Origin: an uncultured Candidatus Saccharibacteria bacterium
Lineage (GTDB): Bacteria; Patescibacteriota; Minisyncoccia; Phycocordibacterales; UBA9973
DNA length: 64,000 bases
Reading direction: 5' to 3'
Assembly (NCBI GenBank): GCA_964602465.1
Contig: CAZRQQ010000001.1
Location: 253-64,252, forward strand
The notes beneath the pieces are model-generated. The model was not told the DNA's origin. It worked only from the letters and a program-made list of their open reading frames with translations, and searched no databases. This document shows, piece after piece, positions 24,189 to 33,879 of the stretch; position 1 is the stretch's first letter, and every line of letters begins with the position of its first letter. The position numbers and the translations under genes are program-made.

Positions 24189-27100
24189 CTATTTCTTTTC
24201 TTCCTCGCCCTTTAGTTTATCTCTTCGAGCTTTGATATATGCATTGAGATCTCTGAATTTATCTTGATGCTTCTCCGCTTTCTTTACTTCCTTGAGTGCA
24301 TCTCTATAGGCGGTTTTGTAAGCAGTATTTGTTGGATCAGAAACCCAATCATCTTTTGCGTCCTTAAGTATTCTTCTTAATTCTTTAAGGTCATACTTGT
24401 TTGACTCTCTTGCTTTTACAAGGTCTTCGAGCTCCTCATACTCTTCTTTTGCCTTCTTTTTCTGATCATCAGTCCCTGTACTCATTGCATCTTTCTTTTT
24501 CTTTACATCTGTATCAACAGCGGCCTTTTCTGCAGGAGTAAGAATGTCATACATCCCTTTGCCTTTGCGAGGACCGCTTTGGATGACGCCGTCTCTAATG
24601 ATATCTGCTTGTTCAGTTGCATTGAGTGCTCTAAAGGATGCGCTTCCTTGGTGCATATCAAGTGCAATGAGATCCTGAAATCCTTTCTTCAAGGTCGCTT
24701 CAATATCAGCGAGCTCCTTCTCAACCTTTGTAGTTTCTTCAATCTTCTTTGCGGCTTTTTTATCAGCTCTTGTTCGTACACCTGATCCGATCACTCCGCC
24801 GACGATAGGAACTTTTCCAAGAATACTATCGATGAAGCCTTCTTTTTTGAGGTTTTCAGCATACGCCTTTCTTCGAGCTGAGTTCAACTCTGCGACACTC
24901 TTCATCTCTTTGGGCTTTTCTATTGCATCAATCGCCGCTCTGACATTATTTGGGTTTGCTGCAAGAGCAGCTGCACGTTCCGCATCATACGCAGTTCGGT
25001 TGGTTTCTTTTAGAATTTTAATATCCTCTTTTGTTTTCCCAAACTGCTTTCGCATCGCCTCTTCTGCTAGACGATCAACATCTTCCTCATATTTTTTCTT
25101 TTGATTCTCGTTATACTTCTTGATCTGGTCATCACTCATTTTTTCTTCAAGAAGCTTCACCTCCTTCTCTTTGTATTCCTGTCGACGTTTTACATCAGCT
25201 TCATAGCCTCCCTTGCGCTGATCGGTTCCAAGACCCAATCCTGCAAATTTGAGTGCATTTAGAGCTTTTGGATCGGTATCTACACCCATTTGTTTGAACA
25301 AATTCTTGCCCAATGCTGTTTGTCTGACATCGTATGAACCAGCACTTGCTTTGTTGACTCCTTCAATCGCTCTGCGGGCAAGCCAGCTATCCTTTCCTTT
25401 ATCACGAAGCCAAGACCCCGCGCGGGATTCATTGAATTTTGTAGCAGCTGCGCCAAGCACTCGACCACCCAGAAGTGCACCTCCTCCAAGTGCTACCCCT
25501 CCGACAAGTCCGGCCGCCTTTGTTCCGTATTCTTGTATCTTGTTCCCTATTTTTCCTGCATAGCTTTTTGCAATCTCGACACCTTTGTCGATCAGGAAAT
25601 ATACGATCAACATCGGGACACAGATGTGAATCACTGTTGTAAAGAAATTGCCCGTGTCATCTTTTTGCAAAAATACTTTAAGAAAATCTGACTGAAGAAA
25701 TGAATAAATAACATACAAGAAAAAGACAAATATAGGTGCAAGGAGTGCATAGTTGGTCAGATCTTTGAGCCAACTACTCCACGAAAGTTCTTTACTGATA
25801 CCCCCCACAACTGGCATGTTGCCTTTGGTGAGAAAGGCAAACGGCGCAAAGATCATCGCCACATAGAGGCCAATCACGCGACCAAGAAACATAAATGCAG
25901 TTTTCCAGAACATCATGGCCATACCAAACATGATCGCTGCGGCAATGAGTGTGACCACGATAAAGTATCCAGCATATGCGTCCCCTGAAGTATCAACAGA
26001 ACTCGTTTCAACCGCAGTTGTTCCTGATGCGGGCACTGCATTTTTGTAATCAAGTGTTCGTTGATCAAATACTCGTTGAGGATTGAATGAAGCAACAATC
26101 GCAGTGGAAAGTGATTTGTATCCTTCGGCATCATTTTTGAGATTTGGGATATTACCCGTTACTTCATCGCGGGGCTGACAAGGACCATCACAGACGTGAA
26201 TGGAGTTATAAAACACTCGAGCAGTGATATTTGATATATCGATAATAACTCGTGTCGCAAAAAGGCTGAAGTTGATGAGAAGTGCGTTGAAGATGAGTTG
26301 GGCAATTACCTTCTTCATGTTGCCGCTTGTACCTGTATCAAATACTGCCTGGAGCCCGGTCCATACAAGAATGATGATAAAGAAGATATTGGAAATGTCG
26401 CGGACGAGCTGCCATCCACGGACTGCGAAATCAGCTCGATACGAAGCATCGTTGAGTGAATAACCGAGGAAGAAATCAAAGAGTGTGCCCATGAGACCAG
26501 CAAACCATGCAATAGGCCAATAGATGGCGTAGTACACACCACGAGCAATACAGCCGACAATGTGACTCTCCCCTACAATGCCGATGCCACATTCTGGGAG
26601 AGACGACTTTTCTATCTGTCGATCTGTAGCGCTTTCATTTTGTGTCGTCTGTTGCTGTTCTGCTGCAGCAACAACTGATGCTGGTTTACTCACTCGAACC
26701 TCATCAATCTTGAAATATGATCCGTCGTTAAATGAAAACTTTTGAATACTAGGGTCATTGGATTTCCATGCATCCTTTATAACGTCTTCAACTCGGGAAA
26801 CTTCCTCAGTATTACCGGTGCTTCGAGGTATTCCAGCGTAGTACCAAAGACTGACTTGTTGATCAGATTTCTTGAGCCAATCGATCATCACCTCGTCACC
26901 GTCTTTGTCATACCACGTAGTCGCGATGACATCTTGAGATGTTTTGCTTGTGTAGTGATCTGAACTAAGTGGGCCGGTATAGTCGCCGTATCTGAATATG
27001 ACTGCTGTGTTGATACTATTGAGTGCAACAGATACATTGGTTCCCACTTGACCTACAGCTCCGGAAGGTCCCCCGCTGAAAAAACTGAACAAATCCGTAG

Positions 27101-27599
27101 CACCTCTGAAAAAGGTACCAAACCACCCACTGCTGAGTGATCGAGGATTTTCTGCATACGGGATCTTTGCCCATATACAACTACTGAGATTAACAGTACC
27201 TGCTTGATCTAGATCACAGCTTCGCAGTACAAACTCTTCATTGTCATCAGAGGGTGGTGCAATATAATCCCATGACCACTCCGCACCATTCGCTTTCTTT
27301 TGGTTTGGAAATTCAAAACGAAATCGAAACCACATTCCCGGAATAGTTTGCTTTTCTTTGTTGACAACAAAGCTTTTGAATGAGAACTCATGTGTGTTGG
27401 GACCGGCTTTGAAATTTTCTTTTGTCGGATTTTGGTCGCTACTGAAAAGGTATTTGTAATTGTTGTACGTATCATCAGCAAACGCAGGTACTATATTACC
27501 CAGCAAGAAAAACAAAAAGACGAACGAGGTAAGGATCGTCTTTGTAGAGCGTTTCAAAGTTTTTCGAAAAAAGTTGCGTCGAAAAAGAGGTGTTGCCAC
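24189..27599 (-). CDS. Large polytopic membrane protein, VirB6/TrbL-like core with a Lys/Glu-rich C-terminal tail
   Basis: Signal/TM N-terminus, about 330-aa extracytoplasmic domain, multi-TM core (WQLVRDISNIFFIIILVWTGLQAV..., LINFSLFATRVIIDISN), about 450-aa charged coiled-coil-like tail. GTG start. Confidence 0.6.
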   Translation of the reverse strand: MATPLFRRNFFRKTLKRSTKTILTSFVFLFFLLGNIVPAFADDTYNNYKYLFSSDQNPTKENFKAGPNTHEFSFKSFVVNKEKQTIPGMWFRFRFEFPNQKKANGAEWSWDYIAPPSDDNEEFVLRSCDLDQAGTVNLSSCIWAKIPYAENPRSLSSGWFGTFFRGATDLFSFFSGGPSGAVGQVGTNVSVALNSINTAVIFRYGDYTGPLSSDHYTSKTSQDVIATTWYDKDGDEVMIDWLKKSDQQVSLWYYAGIPRSTGNTEEVSRVEDVIKDAWKSNDPSIQKFSFNDGSYFKIDEVRVSKPASVVAAAEQQQTTQNESATDRQIEKSSLPECGIGIVGESHIVGCIARGVYYAIYWPIAWFAGLMGTLFDFFLGYSLNDASYRADFAVRGWQLVRDISNIFFIIILVWTGLQAVFDTGTSGNMKKVIAQLIFNALLINFSLFATRVIIDISNITARVFYNSIHVCDGPCQPRDEVTGNIPNLKNDAEGYKSLSTAIVASFNPQRVFDQRTLDYKNAVPASGTTAVETSSVDTSGDAYAGYFIVVTLIAAAIMFGMAMMFWKTAFMFLGRVIGLYVAMIFAPFAFLTKGNMPVVGGISKELSWSSWLKDLTNYALLAPIFVFFLYVIYSFLQSDFLKVFLQKDDTGNFFTTVIHICVPMLIVYFLIDKGVEIAKSYAGKIGNKIQEYGTKAAGLVGGVALGGGALLGGRVLGAAATKFNESRAGSWLRDKGKDSWLARRAIEGVNKASAGSYDVRQTALGKNLFKQMGVDTDPKALNALKFAGLGLGTDQRKGGYEADVKRRQEYKEKEVKLLEEKMSDDQIKKYNENQKKKYEEDVDRLAEEAMRKQFGKTKEDIKILKETNRTAYDAERAAALAANPNNVRAAIDAIEKPKEMKSVAELNSARRKAYAENLKKEGFIDSILGKVPIVGGVIGSGVRTRADKKAAKKIEETTKVEKELADIEATLKKGFQDLIALDMHQGSASFRALNATEQADIIRDGVIQSGPRKGKGMYDILTPAEKAAVDTDVKKKKDAMSTGTDDQKKKAKEEYEELEDLVKARESNKYDLKELRRILKDAKDDWVSDPTNTAYKTAYRDALKEVKKAEKHQDKFRDLNAYIKARRDKLKGEEEKK

Positions 27600-27640
27600 G
27601 GATACAGTGTATCACGCGTGCGCTTTATATAGATACACAA

Positions 27641-28549
27641 TTACCAAAGATTGAGACGAAGCGCGCCTTCGAGAGATTTCTTGGTGTAATTCACACCATT
27701 TGGTCCAGGAGCGAGTGAGCCGTTGCCGTTGAATAGTGTCGGGATACTTACGATCGGCGTGTTGAGGTAACCTGTGAAGGTGTTGCCCGGTCCCCCGTTT
27801 GGGTTGAGTTTGTCATACCAAAACGGCGTGGGGGTGCGGTATTTGAAATCAGGATTTGCAGCGGCAACTTTCTGACTTCGGCTCATACCATCAGCGCCTG
27901 GCTGACTACAGAAACGGTAGAGTTCTTTGAGTTGACTTGCCTTTGCGGTGAAGCTTGACCAGTTTGCGATCTCTGTTGCGACGTTTGCATCAGTATAGAG
28001 TGTGTCTGCGATGGCGTAGAAGCGGTTTTGGAGCGCCTTGAGCTGCTTGATCTCTTCGTCAGTAAATTTGATGTTGAGCTCAGGCTCGCTGCAGCCACTC
28101 GCAACTGCAGCCGAAGCTCCAGGTGTTGCTGGCTGGTCAGTGCTTCCGGACCCAGTTGTAGTTGTGTCGGTACCGGTGTCCGTAGTAGGTGTCCCTGATC
28201 CTACTGGAGTGCCATTTGTACCACCCGTTGATCCTTGCTGCCCCCCAGTTTGCTCAGTCGGAGAAAGTGGAGTCGTCGTAAACTGGCTTGCGCGAGTGCC
28301 TGGAGATGAGAGAGATCCCGTGTTGGGTACTTCCGCAGGAGTAAGGTCGTCAGTAAAGGTACCTGAAGTGTCGGTGGGAGTAGTTGTTGGGGTGGCGCCT
28401 TCAGGAGTTTCCCCGGTAAGGAATTCACGGAACGTTGGCGCAGGAGTGTTGTTCTTGGTCGCAGTGCGGCGCGTAACGATCCATGCACCAACGAGAATGA
28501 TGCCGACGACGACAAGTATGATGATGAGGATGGTGACAAAGCGCTTCAT
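27641..28549 (-). CDS. Membrane-anchored hypothetical protein with a Thr/Pro/Gly-rich linker
   Basis: N-terminal TM FVTILIIILVVVGIILVGAWIV, a low-complexity linker, and a C-terminal globular domain with Cys residues. Confidence 0.55.
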   Translation of the reverse strand: MKRFVTILIIILVVVGIILVGAWIVTRRTATKNNTPAPTFREFLTGETPEGATPTTTPTDTSGTFTDDLTPAEVPNTGSLSSPGTRASQFTTTPLSPTEQTGGQQGSTGGTNGTPVGSGTPTTDTGTDTTTTGSGSTDQPATPGASAAVASGCSEPELNIKFTDEEIKQLKALQNRFYAIADTLYTDANVATEIANWSSFTAKASQLKELYRFCSQPGADGMSRSQKVAAANPDFKYRTPTPFWYDKLNPNGGPGNTFTGYLNTPIVSIPTLFNGNGSLAPGPNGVNYTKKSLEGALRLNLW

Positions 28550-28553
28550 AGAT

Positions 28554-30884
28554 TTATGGAGTATACGTTAGATGGCTATAAAAGTACTCACCTGCCTCGA
28601 TCGATGGCTCGACAAACTCTCTATCATCAGGGCTTGTGTTTGATTCGTTGTGACGGATCCAGTCGCCATTCTTGTCTACACCAACTGCTCCGATAATTGG
28701 GCTTGTGTTGATGCGGTATGCCTGATCAATACAACGATCTCCCGGTCTTCCTCTTGCATCCACAACACGAGTTACGTCGACTGGGGTGCCAGCAGCACGC
28801 ATTTCTCGGATATAGCGATTTTTTGCACCTTCTACATAGTTGGCGTCACCTCGCTTTCCTCTTCCGTTTACAATCACATTTACCTCTGCATAAATGTCTT
28901 TGAGTTCACGAAGTGCGTAATCAGTCTGACTGATCGCATCATTGTACTGTTGGTTGTATTCAACCGTTGCGCGGTTGTACGCGACGAGCTTGCTTGCTTC
29001 TTTGAGTGCATCGGTCGTGCGGTTGCGTGCGAAGTCTTGCTCGGCCTGGGTACCAGGAAGCGCAGCAAAGGCGTTGATGATAGTACTTGAGCTAAATTTA
29101 GTCGTGTAGTCAGCAACGAGCGCATTGTATCCGCGACTAATGTACTGCCTGATCACATCGATCACGTTGTCATCGTCAACATTGATCTTAAAAAGCGGAT
29201 CAGTCGTATCGAGCGTGTATTTGGTCTGGCGAAGTGTGTAGCCTTCGTATACCGGCCTGTTGTTGGTGTCGATACTGTTGTCAGTTACCTTGTCAAAAAG
29301 AATAGTGCCGGTCGATGCAAGGATTGGTGGTGGTTTGGGTGTGCCACCAAAGAGTCCACCGATGACAGGGATAGAGTTCACAAGATTTTGGAAGAAGCTT
29401 GGATTGTCAGGTGATGGCTGTACAAGTGAACCGATGTAGGTGTTGTAGTTGTTCCCAAGGCCTTCCTGCCAAGTAGGGTTTGGTCCGGGGAGACAATAGT
29501 CGAGTGCGCCCGTGATTGGTACGATGCGAGAAAGTGCAACCTGCGCGTCTTCGGCGGCGTTGAGATAGTTGGCCTGCGTTTGGATCACTGCGCGAAGCTG
29601 CTGAGGCCTGCTGATATCAAAGTCGCCATTAAATCCGCCTGTTGTAGGTTGGTACCCGAGCGCAGTTGCGTCGATGCTTGTATTGATCGGCTGACCATTT
29701 GCATCAAACACGCTGTTGCAGCCGATACCACTCCCCGCGACGCATTTTGTAGAGTTTGAGCCGTTGATACCACCAAGTCCTCCTGCAAAGAGACGGTTGA
29801 GGAGTTGGTCAAAGAATGAGCCGAGGACTTCGTTGATCTGATCTGCTTGTTCGAGCTGGCGCACTGGAGAGGTCGTTACTGCTGCAGTTTGTTCTGCAAC
29901 GATTTTGCCTGGAGTCACCGTCTGGTATTTGAGACACGTTCGTTTCGATGGGTCTGAGGCAAGTGGTGCATCAGGATTTTGCATATCAGTACCCGCATCT
30001 GACCACTGTACACAGGTTTTGACACTGAGAAATCCGTCACCTTGTGCGAGTTCTTCACGGGTGTTTTGTTGTGCAGTGCTGATACTGCTTGAAACACTGT
30101 CGACTGCGTTGAAGTACGCACCGATTGCATTGTTGCGAGGATTGAGAAATGCACTCCATCCGCCCTGAGTAAAATCATTTTGAAAGTCTTGGTATGCTCT
30201 CCCCTCAGGCGTGTTCATCACTGTATTGATCCGGCCATCACTCCAGCCAGTCACTTGCTGGGTGATCACGGAGCGGAGTGCATTGCCAAAGACAGGGTCG
30301 GTGCTCGATACGGTGTTGATGAAACTACCGAGCTTTTCGTTGCGGATCGACGCCATATATGACTCGAGATCGCGGACGTAGAGCGGGTTGCCGGCAAACC
30401 CCTTGTTGACGAAGTTGAGCGTGCGAGTCGTCACCTGCTGGAGCATGTTTTTGGCAATAGCGTACGCGACGCCATTGAGGCAGTTTTGTGTTTTGGTTTG
30501 CTTCTCCTCCTCTTTCTTTACGGCATCATCTGCTACAGGCACTTTTTGACCTGTTGTAAATGACTGGTATGACGGGATGCTGGTACCTGCCGAACGCAGA
30601 GAACTTGAGCTAATCGTCTGTGGATCATACCGATCAATCCGTGGTAATCCTCCATCCGCAGAACCTTGGCCGCCTCTATTAAATAGCCCTGAAAGGTTGC
30701 CCGAAATACTACTCCCGACATTTGTACACGAGAGGAGTGCGCCACCGACGCCACTAAAGTTTGCACCCTGGAAACTGTTGCCCGAACCAGAAAGTCCAAT
30801 CGAAGGATTGAAATAATTTTGCGCGGATACGCTCGATGCGGTAAGGAGGGTACATATAAATATGAGAGACAAACGACGAAGCAT
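28554..30884 (-). CDS. Large secreted hypothetical protein (776 aa)
   Basis: Signal peptide MLRRLSLIFICTLLTASSVSAQ. No recognisable domain. Confidence 0.6.
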   Translation of the reverse strand: MLRRLSLIFICTLLTASSVSAQNYFNPSIGLSGSGNSFQGANFSGVGGALLSCTNVGSSISGNLSGLFNRGGQGSADGGLPRIDRYDPQTISSSSLRSAGTSIPSYQSFTTGQKVPVADDAVKKEEEKQTKTQNCLNGVAYAIAKNMLQQVTTRTLNFVNKGFAGNPLYVRDLESYMASIRNEKLGSFINTVSSTDPVFGNALRSVITQQVTGWSDGRINTVMNTPEGRAYQDFQNDFTQGGWSAFLNPRNNAIGAYFNAVDSVSSSISTAQQNTREELAQGDGFLSVKTCVQWSDAGTDMQNPDAPLASDPSKRTCLKYQTVTPGKIVAEQTAAVTTSPVRQLEQADQINEVLGSFFDQLLNRLFAGGLGGINGSNSTKCVAGSGIGCNSVFDANGQPINTSIDATALGYQPTTGGFNGDFDISRPQQLRAVIQTQANYLNAAEDAQVALSRIVPITGALDYCLPGPNPTWQEGLGNNYNTYIGSLVQPSPDNPSFFQNLVNSIPVIGGLFGGTPKPPPILASTGTILFDKVTDNSIDTNNRPVYEGYTLRQTKYTLDTTDPLFKINVDDDNVIDVIRQYISRGYNALVADYTTKFSSSTIINAFAALPGTQAEQDFARNRTTDALKEASKLVAYNRATVEYNQQYNDAISQTDYALRELKDIYAEVNVIVNGRGKRGDANYVEGAKNRYIREMRAAGTPVDVTRVVDARGRPGDRCIDQAYRINTSPIIGAVGVDKNGDWIRHNESNTSPDDREFVEPSIEAGEYFYSHLTYTP

Positions 30885-30892
30885 GTGAATGC

Positions 30893-31774
30893 CTATAGTA
30901 TACCGTATCTCGTCAAATAATCGCGCATGTTGATGAGTGCAGTCGAGAGATCCTTGTTGTACTTTTGATAGATCGCGATGCCGACGAGTGCGTTGGTCGC
31001 ATTGTCATCGAGTTCTTGGAGATAGGTAAATGAATCAGCCACACCTGCAAAGCCGTTTACAATGCCGAGGTGGTATGAGGAAACTCCGACTGGTACTGGG
31101 ACGGCGACGAGGTCGCGTGCAATCTTGCGATACTCGGCTGCTGTGGTGAGGAGTTCGGGTACGCGGGTAGTGTCCCCTGTCTCAAGCGCGCTAATGACGA
31201 CGTCAATGTCGGCACTATTGGTCTGGTACGTTGCCGCTTTCTTGGACATAGTTGTATAGTAGGCCTCAAGTGAGGCGGTTGTGGTCTGCACCGTCTGGAT
31301 ATCCTTTGCAGAATATCGGTTGGATACCTGCCCGAGCTTCAGTGTTGCGCCGAGTTTGGCAGCAGCGGACTCAAGTGCTGCGTCATCTATGGTCTCATTT
31401 TGTCCGAGTGCACTCGTGATTATGAAGAGTTGTCGTGCAAGTGCGTCGGTCTCATTGCTTGGGGTTGCATCCGCATCGGTTGCGCCCAGAGACTTTTTCT
31501 TTTCCTCGATGATCTGCTTGTTCGACACACCATTGGTGTAGAGTACCGCCGGATCAAGTCCCCAGAGGCGCTCTTCCCAGTCTGCGATGCCATTGCCGTT
31601 GGTATCTTTGGTTACAATATCCCCTACGGTTGTCGTGTTATGTACAACAACTGATGGTGGATTTTTATGAAAGAGTTTGCGAAACCAAGCGCTCTGCACA
31701 ATGAGAATGACTGCGATGATGCCGATTGCGATGCTTCCTCTTTTGATAAATTGTCTACTGGGACCTCCTGTCAT
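30893..31774 (-). CDS. Membrane-anchored hypothetical protein (293 aa)
   Basis: N-terminal TM SIAIGIIAVILIVQSAWF. Confidence 0.55.
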   Translation of the reverse strand: MTGGPSRQFIKRGSIAIGIIAVILIVQSAWFRKLFHKNPPSVVVHNTTTVGDIVTKDTNGNGIADWEERLWGLDPAVLYTNGVSNKQIIEEKKKSLGATDADATPSNETDALARQLFIITSALGQNETIDDAALESAAAKLGATLKLGQVSNRYSAKDIQTVQTTTASLEAYYTTMSKKAATYQTNSADIDVVISALETGDTTRVPELLTTAAEYRKIARDLVAVPVPVGVSSYHLGIVNGFAGVADSFTYLQELDDNATNALVGIAIYQKYNKDLSTALINMRDYLTRYGIL

Positions 31775-31785
31775 ATCTCTGGGTA

Positions 31786-32157
31786 TTAGTATCGAGAGAC
31801 ACCGTAGGTTTTAAATTCATACGCAGGCACCGGTGCGCCTGTCTCTGGGTTGTAGCACACACCGCTCATATCAGGGATCGGATTGTACAGACCAAGAATG
31901 TACCCACCTATCCGAGGCATACCCGAATTTACCGTTCGAATAAAATACGGAGATGAAAATGCTTGAATAAATGGCTGAGCTGCAAGTGGTCCGGCCGGTG
32001 TCGAACATGCGACAAGAGGAGTAGGGAGTGTATTGAAAATTCTCCCACCGATCGGTCTATTGCCAAACGTCGTGCTCCCAAATCCTGCAAACGCAATGAG
32101 TGGGATCATAAGTACTACGAGTAAAAATGAAATCGTGATGAGTTTATGACGATGCAT
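31786..32157 (-). CDS. Small secreted/membrane hypothetical protein (123 aa)
   Basis: Start trimmed to MHRHKLITISFLLVVLMIPLIAFAG, with TACAAT 6 nt upstream inside the rsmA 3' end. Confidence 0.5.
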   Translation of the reverse strand: MHRHKLITISFLLVVLMIPLIAFAGFGSTTFGNRPIGGRIFNTLPTPLVACSTPAGPLAAQPFIQAFSSPYFIRTVNSGMPRIGGYILGLYNPIPDMSGVCYNPETGAPVPAYEFKTYGVSRY

Positions 32158-32161
32158 GTAT

Positions 32162-33055
32162 CTATTGTACACGATTTCGCTCGACTGCAACTGCAAGTGT
32201 CTTCCAGTCCGCAAGGGTAAGGTCTTCGGGGCGTGTTTTGGGATCGATAGTTGCTTCGTTCAATAGAGAAAGAGCAAGAGATTTGCCTGCCCGCCCTCCC
32301 GAGGAGGGAGCAGGCGGGTTATCCAAATATTCCGCCAAGCTCCCCCCGATCTGTTTGCGCTTCTTGCCGAATATTGACTTGAGTACTGAGAAAAATATCT
32401 TTTCATCGCAATCTTTGAAAAATGCGCGCGAGATACCGTTGATCGAAATAATAGCCGAATCCACCTTTGGTGCTGGAGTAAATGCACCCCTCGGTACTTT
32501 GTCTATGATCTTGGGCACACCGTACGCCTTCACGGCGATCGAAAGCACGCTTTCTTTTTTACCTGCCCTGCGTAGCCTTGGCGAAGAAGGGTCGCGACCG
32601 ATAATTCTCTCCGCAACTTCTTTTTGGATAAGCAGTACCATCTGCGTCGGTTGAAATGAAGCACTGAGAAACTGCTCGATGATTGCGCCAGTGATATAGT
32701 ACGGGATGTTGGCAATGAGTTTGTACTCTCTGCCGTACCACTGCAGCGTCATCGGATCAAAGGTGAGGATGTCTTTCTCGAGGATTGTAAGTCTTTTTTC
32801 CTCGATCTCATCCTTAAATGTTTCGGTGAGATGATGAATGAGCTCTCGATCTTTCTCGACTGCGACGACGTGCTTGGCTTTTTGTAAAAGTTGATTGGTC
32901 AAAATCCCTGTGCCGGGGCCAATCTCAAGTACAGTGTCACTCGCCGTGATACCCCCCGCTTCCACGATCTGCCGTAGTGCCTTCTCGCTCTTGAGGAAAT
33001 GTTGCCCGAGGGATTTCTTTGCTCTCGTCCCGTTAGAGATATGATGAGTTTTCAT
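32162..33055 (-). CDS. rsmA: 16S rRNA (adenine1518/1519-N6)-dimethyltransferase RsmA/KsgA
   Basis: SLGQHFL, VLEIGPGTGILT, ANIPYYIT, QKEVAERI, FTPAPKVDSA. Start trimmed to MKTHHISNG, with GGAG 4 nt upstream. Confidence 0.9.
   Translation of the reverse strand: MKTHHISNGTRAKKSLGQHFLKSEKALRQIVEAGGITASDTVLEIGPGTGILTNQLLQKAKHVVAVEKDRELIHHLTETFKDEIEEKRLTILEKDILTFDPMTLQWYGREYKLIANIPYYITGAIIEQFLSASFQPTQMVLLIQKEVAERIIGRDPSSPRLRRAGKKESVLSIAVKAYGVPKIIDKVPRGAFTPAPKVDSAIISINGISRAFFKDCDEKIFFSVLKSIFGKKRKQIGGSLAEYLDNPPAPSSGGRAGKSLALSLLNEATIDPKTRPEDLTLADWKTLAVAVERNRVQ
32282..32320. repeat. GC-rich palindromic segment inside rsmA, possibly a diverged copy of the GC-rich repeat
   Basis: tttgcctgcccgccctcccgaggagggagcaggcgggtt shares the 5' tttgcctgccc and 3' gggtt with the 23703..23739 copy. 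Encodes extra residues PPAPSSGGRAGKS. Confidence 0.5.
32562..32591. repeat. GC-rich 30-mer repeat, copy 2 (inside rsmA)
   Basis: cctgccctgcgtagccttggcgaagaaggg is 26/30 identical to 23707..23736. Read in a different frame (SPRLRRAG). Confidence 0.85.
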
Positions 33056-33204
33056 GCTTCTCCATTCAATCACATACTTCACGTCACCACAAATAGAAAG
33101 TATGCAAACCATTCTCTAATGGGATTCATCTCGATACTATACATGATTTTATTCTCTACAAAAGAAAAAGGTGTCGCATAGCAACACCTGTAGCTGAAAT
33201 CAGT

Positions 33205-33513
33205 TTAATTAAATTCAATACTACCAATTTGATTGGAATAGTTTGGAGAATGTCGGTATACATTTTTGCGCCACCAAAAAACTTTGTCTCCTTTTTCTGC
33301 ACATTGGTACCGGAATTTGCAATCGGTAATGTTCCCATCTTTATCTTTATTGATTACAAGGGTAAACGCCGAGCCAAGATACCAAATCTTGTTGTTTCTT
33401 ACAATCATTAGTTTTGGTCCCCAGTCCTGAAAGAAGCTCCATTCCCACCCAGTATGTTCTGTGCCACCTCGCATGTGTGTCATGGAAAACATTTGATGGT
33501 CTTTAAGACTCAA
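33205..33513 (-). CDS. Hypothetical protein (102 aa)
   Basis: Intact ORF with terminator hairpins on both sides. Confidence 0.45.
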   Translation of the reverse strand: MSLKDHQMFSMTHMRGGTEHTGWEWSFFQDWGPKLMIVRNNKIWYLGSAFTLVINKDKDGNITDCKFRYQCAEKGDKVFWWRKNVYRHSPNYSNQIGSIEFN

Positions 33514-33520
33514 AACAAAA

Positions 33521-33548
33521 AACCTGCAGTACTGCAGGTTTCTTTTTT
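33521..33548 (-). terminator. Intrinsic terminator
   Basis: Perfect 20-nt palindrome aacctgcagtactgcaggtt with flanking A and T runs. Confidence 0.7.
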
Positions 33549-33828
33549 AGCTTGCGATTTTTTTTGAATCGTATCGATTCATTGGAATAGCCGGAATTTC
33601 ATCCTTGTCTCCCCCATACAGCGCTAATATTGCATATGGGTATGAAAAGAAAATAAAGAGTATCAATCCGACAAACATTCCACCAACCCAATCGTTGAAT
33701 ACATCCCGCTGGTCTGCAAGATCAATATTGTATAGACAATATATTGGAAACCCTATAGTCCACAATGTAAACAAAACCATTGATATAAGGGTGCCAATCC
33801 CAAAACGCTCTTTTGTAGAAATACTCAT
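33547..33828 (-). CDS. Small membrane protein (93 aa)
   Basis: Two hydrophobic helices (GIGTLISMVLFTLWTIGFPIY, GGMFVGLILFIFFSYPYAILALYG). Confidence 0.5.
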   Translation of the reverse strand: MSISTKERFGIGTLISMVLFTLWTIGFPIYCLYNIDLADQRDVFNDWVGGMFVGLILFIFFSYPYAILALYGGDKDEIPAIPMNRYDSKKIAS

Positions 33829-33847
33829 ACGCTTTCAATTTATTTCT

Positions 33848-33875
33848 ACCCTACTATTTTTTTAACTAAAGTCAA
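33848..33875 (-). promoter_or_regulatory. Sigma70-like promoter TTGACT-N16-TAGGGT
   Basis: Read on the minus strand upstream of the 33828 start. Shares the TTGACTTT -35 region with the promoter family at 37752..42749. Confidence 0.45.
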
Positions 33876-33879
33876 GCGA

